DNA of 63,116 nt, the filler included, from Craspedostauros australis (taxonomy: Eukaryota), in the NCBI GenBank assembly GCA_030167865.1. It is 10 parts of 10 records of this genome, joined end to end, with 100 filler letters (N's around TTAATTAATTAA, not from the genome) between each part and the next. Parts side by side here need not be neighbours in the genome. Positions count along the whole stretch, not along the records: positions 35,638 to 49,141 come from JALAGF010000358.1; positions 49,242 to 56,508 come from JALAGF010000360.1; positions 56,609 to 58,201 come from JALAGF010000361.1; 7 more parts are not named here. One strand, given 5' to 3'. Shown piece by piece: positions 45,759-58,301 of this stretch (position 1 is the stretch's first letter; each line of letters opens with the position of its first letter). The position numbers and the translations under genes were made by a program. The notes under the pieces are model-generated. The model searched no databases. It was not told the origin of the DNA and saw only the letters and a list, made by a program, of their open reading frames with translations.

Positions 45759-48700
45759 TGTGATTGTGATTGTGATTGTATGAGTACGAGTATGAGTGCG
45801 GATGACTTCTGTTGATGGCGCTGCTGTTGATGGTGGTGGATTGGTTGATGATTCAATTGCGTTTTATGGGATGCATCGACTTCGGAGGGCCGGAACAGGA
45901 TCAGGAACGGTGGAATAGAGAGAGGGTCGGTTGGCGTTCGTCTGCTTTCCACTTTGTGGTTGTGGGTGCGTCTTGTGGAGTGTGAGAACCGGATGTTGTG
46001 TCTCTCTCCCTGTGTGTGCTGAGTGAGGTTTAGTGGAGCTGAGATTTGGATGTGCCAGTTCCTGTTGATGCGTCAGAGTACTCGTATTATGTATTATGTA
46101 CAATGCGATACTCGTAGTTTGTTGCTTTGCATACGTGGACAGACACACTCGCGATGATTGGATGTCGCTTCGGAGTACTTTGCCTTTTGTGTTAGTTTGA
46201 TGTTTGCACGAGTATGGCGACGGAGTACTCGCAGAGGAGAGGAGATCGTAAGTGTTCAGAGTAAGTGTAACTGTGAAGGGGCTTGTTTCAAACGCAGCAG
46301 TTGTGAATACCAACGACGTCTTGGGCGAATCCAGTTGCGTCTGCCAAACAATGTATTCCAACGAGTTATCTGGTTTCGGTTGGACGTGGTTTGCGTTTCT
46401 GCGTTGTGATCTGGTCGTGACTTTCGATGTTAGAGACAATACAGCAATGTATAGCTGCGAAGGAGAGGAATCGCCAAGGGGGTTGGCACACGATGGAGCG
46501 GTATCGATCGTCTAAAGCGTCGTTGCGCTGTTGTGAATGCTGTTGTGGCTCTGCCTTGCGTGTTGCTGACATTGTGCTTGTCGCTGCGAGGAAGGAGGGG
46601 CGGTTCGTCCGTGCCCATGCGCTCTGGTGCTCCTGTTCGTGCAGCGAGTGCGTTTGTTGCCGCCAAGGCTCACGGTCGTACGATCTGCTTCTATCAGGAG
46701 TGCGAGCCGGACAGAGAGAGGATCAGTTGGGCCGAGCAATGCTCTCTCCCTTGTGCTGGGGAGACGACCATGGCGAAAAGAGAAGACAGCGCGACTGACT
46801 GATCCCTTGGCGATGAGCAAACGTCCCGCACTTTGTCGGAACAACACCAACAACAACCGTCAAAGACAAATGTGCGTGTCCAGGTGAAGGAATTTGTGAC
46901 AGCACAGAACAAAGGCAATACTGTTTGCGACTCGGATGTTAAGTGTTCCATTCCTGTACGACGGACACTATAGCCAGACGTCATTCCCGCGTCATCGCCT
47001 TGTTGTTAGGTGACTCATTCATGGGACCATTTCTTTGCCACAAGAAGGCATATTTCTTTCAGGAGTCGGAATCCAAAAACGTCCGTAATAACTAAGGCGC
47101 TCACATTTCTTTTTAACCTCGCAGGCAAACTCACACCGACGTGATTGTAAGAGGACGTGCTTGTCTGTTGTGCGGTGGGAGCGAGTCCGTTTGTATGGCT
47201 GCTATGGATTGTGCAACACAACCAAGCTTTGCCCAGCATGGTGCAATCGCAGACAACACTGCGTGCTGGTGACGAAATGGTGTGAGAGTGATTTGCGTAC
47301 ACCAGCGTGCGCCCACGATTTACTTCATCATTTGCCGGGATGGCAGAGGACAAGCACTCCGACTTCGCACTCTGCGTGCAATTGCATTTACGCAAACGTA
47401 TTTACTCGAACAACACTGCAAGAAATTTCTACTGACGACGAGCACGCCCATGAGGGGTAAAATAGGGTGGAATACTCGACTCCACAAATATTCATGATCA
47501 CGTGGTGTACGTATAGTACTTGTATCACAGCGGCAACGATGCGACGACTCCGCGAATGTGTTCCCAATGGCGCGCCGCTCCAGTTTGGCAGGAACTACTT
47601 CGTCGGTCCCCTTTCGTTATCGGACTTCGTTGGTGTACTATATCCATTTTGTTGCCATCGATGAGGAAGCGCGTTGATGCGTCCTCTTCGGATGAGGCAT
47701 CACCTAAGAACTCCACCTCACGCAGAGCACGAAGGTGGCGATGTAAGAGAAGTATTTTGATTATTGTCTCAGCAACGATACCGGAAGGAAACATGTGTGT
47801 GGTCGGCTATGATTGGACAGCGAGGCTTCGCAGCATTGGATTCGTGCGTGTTGTTGCGAGAAGGGCAGCGATGCCGCGCTTTTGTCATCGTTTCCGCGTT
47901 GTTTGGTTGCCTTGTTGGTCGTCCCATCTTGCTTGGGGAACGGCGAAACGCCGAGTACTTTGGTGGCAACGCGCAGCGCTGATGACGGAGATTTGTGAGG
48001 ACGTGATTGTGTCGCGGTATCAGCCAGGCTCCCAGGAGGTTTCCTTGGTGGGAGTGCGAAGCACGAGTGTCGGCGCTGTGGGGATCTCCGCACCACCAAC
48101 ACCATGATGGCGAGCAACGCATGGGCATCCCGCTGCAGCAGAGTATAAGGTGGTAGAGTTGTGAACTATTCTATTATGGAATGTTAGGAGCAGCAACTGT
48201 GCGAATCTACGAGTACGCTCGGAGTTCCAAGAGGACGAAGGGCGTGCTGCACCCCGTTTTGGTCCGGAGATCTCTTGGAATCCCGGTGAGTACAGATTGC
48301 CGGCGCTGCCGCCCATCCTTCTATCACACAACCGGCGTGCAAGGAACGGATGATAGATGTCCACATCCAGCAACAGATTCCCAGAGTATCATGCGAAGCC
48401 GTTGACACAAAGAGCGTCCCACTGATGCAGCAATACAATGGAGCAGGGGTGCTACGAGTAGGTTGGGGAGAACCCAACTGGCTCACCGTCACCAATTGGA
48501 TTTGATGAGCTCATGCGATCTCCCAAAGCGTTCCGGTACCGTTGCGAAGCGCCCTTTCTCTTTTCGGCGTTACTTCAGCGGAGATGGGTGGGTAGATGAA
48601 TGCACGGATCAACGGAGAAATGGGTGAGGGGATGAGTGAAGAGGCTGGATCCTGGTGAGAGGTTGCCCGCGTGCGTTGGTGTAGGCGTCAAGCACCGAGA

Positions 48701-48874
48701 TTGACCATGCAGCGCTCTCTGGACCCACACCCAACATAACAGGTCGAACATGGGGCACACAACAAGCACCATAAGACGACAGAAGTAGAAGGACCCTGCT
48801 CTACTCCAGAGTACTTTGCAGCCTTGCAGGGAACATATCCATGAGGAAATTCTGTCGCGATAGAGGACCCCTGA

Positions 48875-48929
48875 TGTCTCAGGAGACAAACTTTTTGACC
48901 TTTGTGCGAGGGCCTTGTCTCCTGAGACA
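48875..48929. repeat. Perfect 15-bp inverted repeat with internally palindromic arms
   Basis: TGTCTCAGGAGACAA (48875-48889), 25-nt spacer, TTGTCTCCTGAGACA (48915-48929). Confidence 0.85.
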
Positions 48930-50274
48930 AAACCAAAAATAACACGACGTTTCCTCGCGATGGGAAAAGTGGTCGACCAGTTGGACTAAAACTAGAATTG
49001 GACGCTCGTCTCGTCGTACATTTTCTTCGTGTATTTTCTTCGTACTTTTTGTTGTTATCCACGTTTTCACGTAGTTATGGCAGAGTTTCGGACACTCGCC
49101 AGGTGTTGTTGTTGTTTGCATTGCATATGAAGGTGCTTGCTNNNNNNNNNNNNNNNNNNNNNNNNNNNNNNNNNNNNNNNNNNNNTTAATTAATTAANNN
49201 NNNNNNNNNNNNNNNNNNNNNNNNNNNNNNNNNNNNNNNNNGAATACATATGAAGTCCCAATGGCTGACAAGGTGGATCCTGACAAGGTTCCAAAGCCTC
49301 CACCCCCACTGCCAATGTTGCTGTCACCTGGGACTCGCGATGAAGTGCTGAAGCAATGGCACGCAATCTCAGTGTTTGTTGGAAATCCGGGGTTATAGTG
49401 GTAGACTAATCTGTTATCAGTCTGTACCGTTTTAGAACTGTGAGCACAACATGCTCATCTCCTTTCGATTCCAATTCACAACAAGCNTGATNTGCAGCNG
49501 CCACCCAAGGTTACNCCCTTTAGCTTGGCTCCTTTCGTCTGCATCTCCATCTTGCGTTCATCNTGGTTCATCGCTTGCTTAGCTGAGAGTTGGAGAGTAC
49601 CTACATTCGTCAAGTTCATACTCGTAGACCTGTAGGTACCTCTCCTTTGGTCTCCTGTCACTTCACTGGTCCCACTTCATTTCAGTTCCTCCCTCCGGTC
49701 ATCTCGATGGTTGCCTTTGGATGTTTGGAACTTATTGTCATTTGGATCGTGGTCTTGGGTGAATAGGAATCGCCTCTGTTTCGCTTTCCCACATTAGGTT
49801 CTCAGGGACGCGTCGACTTGTTCAGATATATTGGTTGTCGCGCTCATTCGATTCACTCAGGGCTGGTGTGTTGCCATCNNNNNNNNNNNNNNNNNNNNNN
49901 NNNNNNNNNNNNNNNNNNNNNNNNNNNNNNNNNNNNNNNNNNNNTTGGATGTCGCATAAGACAGGTAAGGCCATTGGGCTGTCCGAGTGCAACTGGTCGA
50001 TTGCTAGGTTGCGGTTTGTCTGGGAGATGCTATTGGGGGTTGCGGCAATCATGGGTATCTTTGCACTTAATACCATTCCGGTTCCAGTCAGTCCTCATGG
50101 GAGCTGCGGTAGAATAGGGTATCTTTGCAAAGTCGTACCCCCGATTCCTGACAAGCGGGGAACAACAGAACGGGTATCTTTGACGAAGATCGCAGCGAAG
50201 GATTAGTAGAAGAAGATCGATTCAATCCAAATGAAGAGGTTGTCTATCCATACGACATTGCATTCGCGCCAATC

Positions 50275-53200
50275 ATGGAATTCACCAGACAGGGCATCAA
50301 CTTCAGAAACGATGCGATTCCACGACCAACGGCAACTGCGGAGATCATGCAACGACAGCTCATCCATGACGCTGTATTGACGGCAGGCATGCGCTTATAC
50401 CCAGACGATGACGACGCAGGAGAGCGACACCTGTGGGTGTGCACGACAGCAACCACGCTGTGCGAGAACTTCTGGTCCATCGAAGAGATTCTCGCCAATG
50501 GATCGGTCATCAACCAATTGTTGGGGGAATACAACAACAATCCAATGCCCAACATGGCGTTGCACTACATCCTGGGAGGATGCATGCATGTGCTCCTGCG
50601 CGAGCGACCACGCGTCACGCCGTACGATCCGGTGACTGGACTTCATCAAGACAGCACGCCCCCCAGCTGTACCCGCAGAACCGTACTACGACAGCATGAC
50701 CTACCACAGACTGGACGACAGGAACGACGATCCCAGCGACGATGACTATGAAGACGACATGACAGCAGCTGCCATGGAACAGCTCCACGAGCTGAACACC
50801 AAGCGCAAGGACAAGGTCAACAAGGACACCTGGCTTGCCAACAGCAGAGCTTTGTGTCACATTGTCAATTCGGACGCCGCCCTCTTCAACATGCGGCACA
50901 TCAAGCCCTTCGTCCAAGTGGGAGACAGCATGAAGCTGGATTCTCCCAAGATGGGATCCATTTGCTTGAAGGTCAAGCAACGAGACAACACTGGCCACAT
51001 CATCTGGCTTGATGATGTGAAGTACACACCCAAGATGGTGGTGAACCTTTTCTCAACGAACAAGGCTCTGTACAACGGTTACCAGCTTGGTAACAACGGC
51101 ATTCTGATGGACATCATCAACGGATCCGGAATGAAGATCATGTTCGATCGAGTCTTCCCCACATCCAACGGATTCATCACGGGAGTGCAGATGCATCCCA
51201 TCATGCCAACTGAGGATAGCAAGGCTTCCACAGCCATCATCAATAATTCATCCAAGGAGACCAGCGCGGTGAACCTGCACCAAATGCTCGGCCACGCGCC
51301 ACTTGAAACCATGAAGCGGACGGCCGCTCAGTACGGATGGAAGATCATCGGCGAGATGCAGGTATGTCGCGACTGCGCGGTCGCGAACGCAAGAGTGAAG
51401 AACATCTCGAAGGCGACGATCCCAAGAGCAACTCGTCGCGGAGAACGTCTCTTCATTGACATTAGTTACACTAAACACATAAGCTTCGGAGATAAACGCT
51501 ACTGGACCCTGATCGTGGACGACTGCACGGATCACTGCTGGAGTTTCTTTCTCAAGAACAAAAGTGACCAACCAGGGTACATCAAACGATTCGTCCAGAC
51601 GATCAAGTCACAGACTGGTGATCAACAAATCATCTTCTGAGGAGACAACAGTGGAGAGAACAAATCCACGCAGGATATTCTCATCGATGCATGACTGAAC
51701 GTGAAATTTGAATTCACGGCATCGAACACGCCGCAACAGAACGGGAGAGTGGAACGCAAGTTCGTGTACCTCTACACCAAGATCCGCTCCATGCTCAATG
51801 GAGCACAGCTCGACGAAGAGTATAGGCATGGCCTGTGGGCAGCAGCTGCGAGCACTACCACCGCCAACATCACCGTAGCGAAGAATCAGAAAGAGTCACC
51901 ACATCGCCAATTCTTCGGCAGCGATCCACCATACGCGGATGCACTCCGCACATTCGGAGAGGTGGGTGTTGTGAAGACTACCTATGACAGAATCACCGCC
52001 AAACTCAAGAATAGAGGAGAAGAGATGGTGTTCATTGGATATGCACACCAACATGCATCAGGAGTATACAGCATGTACAGACCATCAACCAAATCACTGG
52101 TCTGCTCTCGTGACATCAAATGGCTCAACCAATCATACGGACAGTTCCGTGGCTGGGCGCCAGCACCGAACATATCCAACGAAGTGGGAACAACAAACGT
52201 AGACGGCTTCACAACCATTGGATGGAAGGGAGCAATGCCAAGGATGACAATGCGTCGAACATCAGAAGCGAAGAGAGTATCTTTTGCTGACACGAACAAG
52301 TATCACATTCTATCAGACAGCAATGATGAGGATGATGAAGATGATGGAGTAGTAACTCAACAAATCAATGATGACAATGAAGATCGGAGCGAATCCAATC
52401 ATGAGGATGACAAGATCCTACCATCCGGTGACGAAGCCGACGATGATACAGGTGTTACCCCTCCGAACACACCAGCGAGGTCTACACATGACACACCATC
52501 CAGACCTCCACCAAGCAAACCAACCAAGCGTGACGTAGCTAGAAAGGAGAGAATCCGACGTCACAAAGCACGAGGCAGGAAGGGAGACAATCATCGCAAG
52601 TCCACTACAGGGAAGAGTATTCCCAGAGCTCTGCATGAGCTTGCAGACTTCAACGAACGAGGTCGAAAGGAGGAAGGTTACGAGAGCGAGTCATCACCCA
52701 ACGAAGAGAGTGACGAACTCAGCAACGAAATAACCGACGAATCCAACAACGAAACCACAGATGACGAGGAAATTGTAGACGGAGAAGATGAGATCGAAAT
52801 CACTCATCATAGCACAACAGGACTATACAGGATGAATGCAATCATCACCGAGATACCAGCGATCGACATCGGATTGTCGATGCAGGACGAGAACAAGGAA
52901 CCAGAGAAGCACATCGAACCAACAACATTCGATGGAGCCTTCAATCACCCCAGATCCCATCCATCGAAAGGGATATCGAGCAGCCATCAAGAAGGAGTTC
53001 AACTCCATGGATACACGCAAGGTGTATAGCAAGATCAAACGAGATGCCATCCCACGCGGCCGTAGATGCTGCAAATGCAAATGGGTCTTCAAGCTGAAAC
53101 GCGACGGCACACATCGAGCACGGCTCGTTGCATGTGGCTATTCACAAGTCACAGGAGTAGACTTCCAAGAGCATTACTCACCTGTCATCCATGACGTGAC

Positions 53201-53803
53201 CTACCAAGTCATGATGGTGATCATGCTGATCAAGAAGATGGACTGCACACTCGTCGATGTCGTAACGGCATTCCTACATGGAGACCTCGACGAGGAGATC
53301 TACATGAACTGTCCCAACGGGATGGATCATCAAGCAGACGAAGCCCTGACCCTACACAAGCCAATCTACGGACTTGTACAGAGCGCCAGATATGGTTCAA
53401 GATGTTGGTATCGACCCTCAAGAATATCAACTTTGAACAGAGCGCAGCAGACCCGTGCCTGTTCTACAGGAAGACGAACGAAGGAGGCATGATTGTGGCC
53501 ATCTACATGGACGATTGCTTCTGCTGCGGAGACTCCAAGGCATTGGAGACCTTCCTGAAGGACATCCAAGGCAGCAAGTTCAAGGTGACAATTGAACGAG
53601 GACTTGGAGATTACCTCAGCTGCAACATTGAACTGAACCACGACAAGGCAAGAGCAACGCTACGCCAACCGCATCTCATCTGACATCTCATCAAAGAGTT
53701 CGGATCCAAGGTTGAGAAGATGCAACGTTGTGCAACGCTGGGAACCCTGGGTCAAATCATTGTACGACCATCCGAAGAGAACGGACTACAGAAGGTTGGA
53801 GCG
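50275..53803 (+). mobile_element. Decayed Ty1/copia polyprotein (protease, integrase, RT), truncated by LTR family B
   Basis: Degenerate protease WLANSRALCH, HHCC zinc finger (HQMLGH...CRDC), integrase RLFIDIS / TPQQNGRVER, RT CKWVFKLK, RARLVACGYSQ, DVVTAFLHGDL, IYMDD; order PR-IN-RT; stops and frameshifts. Confidence 0.93.
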
Positions 53804-54488
53804 AGTTAGGATTCGGGCGTAGACGGTGCGAATTGGTGGAGGATGCCTCTTGGATCTGCCGGCTTCAAGATAGCCGTGTGATGCAGTTCAAGAGAGGTGT
53901 ACTGTTTGAATAGTTGTTGCTGTAATGATGAGTAGAAGAGTGCTTTTAGCTAATCCTTGTCTGTTTGTTATGAGTTTGCTTGTAGTGTTAGTAGGGTGAA
54001 GAAACAATGCCACACAACTTGGCGAGACCCTGCACTGATGTACTTGGTTCAGTGCTTGAGGGTAGACGATCATTACAGTGCCTTGCTCTCCATACATGTA
54101 GATACACTGCAGTGTAGGTCATGACACCTGATAGTGACGGTCATGAAGCAGTGGCTGTGGCTGGAGCTGACCTTCGGATTCCATTGCTTGAGTTGAAGTT
54201 GGTTTGATACACGTGTCAAGACCATGGCAGTGGTGCAGTAGTCGTCAGCATGGAGGGAATCAAGGTATGTTGTAGTAAAGAGGATCTGAGGAGCATATAG
54301 TTCCCAAGGTGAGGTGTGAGTCAGGTTGGTCATGTTTGAGTCATGATGGATTTGTGAATGGAGGAGAGAAAGGAGGAGAGAAGATTTGGTGGTCAATCAA
54401 GTCAAAGGATTTCGCGCCAAAACAAGAATTTCTCCCATCAGGTTGATACTGTGTCCAGTAATAGTCTGTCCCTCATTGAATCTCAACT
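53804..54488. mobile_element. LTR-like repeat family B (AGT...ACT termini), copy 2
   Basis: Colinear with 30465-31151; begins AGTTAGGATTC and ends GAATCTCAACT. Confidence 0.82.
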
Positions 54489-55550
54489 ATCAGTATGTGT
54501 TCATGCGACAAGGAGCAGCTTGAGTTGTTTTGTGTTGTGCGCCTTCCTTGGTTCCTTCGCAAACATGTCACAATGAACAAAATGCAGGGTCGGAAACATC
54601 ATTCGCGCATCAGCAAAAGAACAAAGGAAGAGTACAGGGTAGTACCTCGTACTCTCACAGGTTTGCATTCTGCCAAGGCGAGAATTGTTTGTTTTGGCGT
54701 TGTGTGTGCCCAAGGAGGCTGGAGAGGCCTCGCGAGCTGGGCTCTGGTCTTGCAACGATGGCACCTTTCTCGAAGAGAGTGCTCTGCCGCGGAGCAGAGT
54801 AGAGCCGAGTGCTTGCCCTACTTCATTTGTAGTTTGTAGCTCGTGCGAGCTATCCTTGTGCAAGAGGGGGAGCCAAAAATTGGTTCTGAGGCATTGCAGC
54901 GTACGCAAGAAGAGCGAGCTTGGAGCGCGCGCACAGCAGAGCAAGAGCTGGTGGGAGACTTACACGAGAGTGCGGCGATTGATTTCCGTGAAGTTGTGTG
55001 ATGATTTGTATTATATCACAGTGTGCCTTGCTGTGAAACTTCGCCTGCGTGGCTCAACGATGGCAGAATGTTCATGTTCTTTGCTGTTGGAGGCTTCCTC
55101 CTTGATCTTATGGCAAGGGAATGAGAATTCGAATGCTCTTCCCAGAGACGGGGAATCATCCCGGCCCGGTTGCTGGCCGCGACGATTGGCGGAGACGAAA
55201 TGAGTGGAGCGGTTCATCGGCGTCCACCCTTTGTGCCGATTCCGCCCTTGCTTTTCCTTCGCGGAGGGGAACAGACTCCCTGAGATTCGGAGGAACATGC
55301 CGGCTCCCTGACACCCCCGACGGACAACGATCCCATGCGGTAAGCAGCTTCCACGTCCCTTCCTCGCACACTCGTCCATCCTCGCACCCATGACGGACGC
55401 ATGACTCCATGACAGTGGCCACAAGAGAGGACGAGCACACATGCGCTCTTGTACGGGTACACGGACGACCTACTCGCACAAGTTTCCTGCTCCTTTGGGG
55501 TGCTGTTTCTTGCCTCGCTGTGGCCGCGGAAGTTGCCTTGAGGACGGATC

Positions 55551-55831
55551 TGTTGGTGCATCAGGCCAAATTGTGAGAGGCGAAGGCACGAAACCGCCAA
55601 TGACCCGTGACGTCACCCAACGGTGCGAAACAACAGCAGGCAGCCACCACCAGCACCATGCAAGCAAACCCAAGGAAAACAACAGAGACAGCAACAGCAA
55701 CAGCAAAACAGACATAAAACCAATTCAAAGTATCTGATTATACACACCCACACCAATCTCACTGTACNACATCTGGATTGACCTTCGGTTGATAGCCGGG
55801 TAGCATCCGGTGTTGAGCAGTTGCCTCAACA
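55551..55831 (+). mobile_element. Putative 5' LTR (TGTTG...CAACA) of a diatom Copia-like element
   Basis: TG...CA ends with a 5-bp terminal inverted repeat, directly upstream of gag. The left boundary is inferred because no second LTR is in the window. Confidence 0.6.
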
Positions 55832-55863
55832 TACTTTGAATTGGTTTGCGCTTCGTCGTCACG

Positions 55864-56508
55864 ATGAGCACAGACACAAAGGTCAAGCCGACGAAGCCGA
55901 AGGGCGAAGGAGGCAAGACAAACAACAACAACAACAACAAAAATCGATCGCCGTTCGTCAAGGCGGTCAAGTTCGAAGGAGCATGCACCGACCTAAAGGG
56001 CATGGTGTTTGACTGTGTGACATCACGCACCAAACAAGCCGAGGACTTCAAACAGACGCTGGAGGCCGTCAAGGTCTACGCCGGCACCACCTACGGTCCA
56101 CGAGTCGCACACGCCGTCGAGTCGCTCACCACACCAGTCATCGACGAGCCAGAGGACTACCCTGATGACGCCACCCCCATCATGAAGAAGAAATGGGAGA
56201 AGAAGTACAGCAAGTATGAAGACAGGGTGGAACGGATGAACGAGGACATGCAAAAGCTGTACTCTGTCGTATGGGGCCAATGCTCGGACTCCATGCGGGC
56301 CTGAATACAGGAGACCAACGGGTACGAGGAGATCAAGGAAGAAATGGATGTGATCGAGCTGATCAAGCTGATCAAGAACATCACTTTCAACTACAACACG
56401 CACAAACACCCCATCGTCGCCTCCCACGAAATGCAGAAAGCATACTTCACCATCAAGCAAGGAAAGCGACAGAGCGTGCAGGATTACCATGAGGCGTTCA
56501 CCGCCATC
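55864..56508 (+). pseudogene. Retrotransposon gag (diatom CoDi-like), one in-frame TGA at 56302-56304, cut by a gap
   Basis: KFEGACTDLKGMVFD...LYSVVWGQCSDSM...DVIELIKLIK...KQGKRQSVQDYHEAF resembles diatom copia gag. Confidence 0.75.
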
Positions 56509-58301
56509 NNNNNNNNNNNNNNNNNNNNNNNNNNNNNNNNNNNNNNNNNNNNTTAATTAATTAANNNNNNNNNNNNNNNNNNNNNNNNNNNNNNNNNNNN
56601 NNNNNNNNGCAAGGCAAGACCTGCCAACATGATCCATTCCCACTGAATGGTTCATGTGGAATGAATGCAGCAGTACGAAAACACCGGTGGCACATAGTTT
56701 TGGAATACAGTCTATATGGTACAACAATAACAGAAAAATATCTGTACACAGCATGCATGGGGAGGAAGAGAGAAGCAACTTGCATTGTTCGTATGGTAGG
56801 CTGGACCACTATTAGTTGTTACAGGGTGGTGGTAAAGTGTGGATGCAAGTTATGGACGAAGTTGCAATGGAGGATGGGCTTGTTCTCCCAAACCCAAAGC
56901 AAGTCACAAATACACGAGGAAAGCAACAGCAGAACCTGTGAAATGGCTGATTCCAACGAAGACCAAGAAAATGTGGAAAATAGCAACAATGGACCCACTT
57001 TCTATTCTTTCTGAGTCGCATTTACAAAAAAACGCCGTTTTCCCTTCCCCTCCGCAGCATGAGGTTCGTCGAAGACTGCTTAAATCTCGTACCACTAGTA
57101 CGGCTGCGTTGGTATCACCGAATTAAATCTGTGCGTCCGTGTGGATTGGCGCTGCTGTTGGATACCACAACACGACAAATTCTCCGACACCCGCAGTTCC
57201 CAAAAGGACTGCTGAAAGGCCCTATGCTGGCTTTCCGCCGTTAGTTGTTGCGAGATGGCGTAATACAACGAGTCGCGAACGATCAGTTGTGACTGGCTGA
57301 AAACGCGGGACGAGATTGGCACGCGCCGTGGTTTGGAAACCAAGAATGATTGTGTCGCATGTCATCGCAATCATCATAATTGTTGTGATGGAAGGCGGCA
57401 AGGAAATGTCACAGGACGCTTAATGAAAATGGTATCATCGAAGCATCAGTCACTCCCACCGCGACACCACGAAACCCGTTGTTTTCTCATTCACAGTTGT
57501 TCGGCGATACCAGTCATAGCGTGGAGGTTGAGTCGTGACGAGATCCATGGATGTTGATCACGATTTGACTCGGTCGTATGAATCGAACGTCCTGGTGTTG
57601 TTGTTGACTTGTCTGTTTGAAATTGTAAGTCAGTACACATATGTCTGTTTGAAGTAAAACCGGGTCACTTCTGGACATAATTGACTGGTTGATACAGCCG
57701 ACCCATACGACTCCAGGGCACCATCCGAAGGAAGACGGGAACGCAACGGAAATGAAAGGCACGCACACGACTCCGCAACGGAAACCCGAACCAAAGGTTT
57801 AACGGCCACACATGGGCCAAATACCTAAGTAAGAGTAATTCAAACGAGGTGCGACAACGGCCAATTGATGATAACGCGGAGCTCACAAAATGAGCAACTG
57901 CGACAACAAAAATCGAACAACAAAAATCGGGAACGCAAAACGCACCATCTTGGGTCGCGTCGCAAGGCCATCAAAAGGAGCACGACCTGAGAGCAACGCC
58001 CGGCCAAGACCCGATTCAACAATGAGAAACGAAGAGGATCTAACACGAGAGATAGAGGAACCTGCAAGAGAAAGAGAGCAGAAGAGAGAATAAACAACAA
58101 GCAGAGAAGCGATGGAACAGCAGCAATCGAAGCACCCACAATTTGGAAAAGACAACAGAATTGTCAACTCCCCGCTTCGATTAACGCTTCCTGCAACGCT
58201 TNNNNNNNNNNNNNNNNNNNNNNNNNNNNNNNNNNNNNNNNNNNNTTAATTAATTAANNNNNNNNNNNNNNNNNNNNNNNNNNNNNNNNNNNNNNNNNNN
58301 N

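Noticed and set aside
56609..57014. Cys-rich short ORF possibly from a transposase C-terminus
   Set aside because: Cys spacing is not convincing and there is no catalytic motif.
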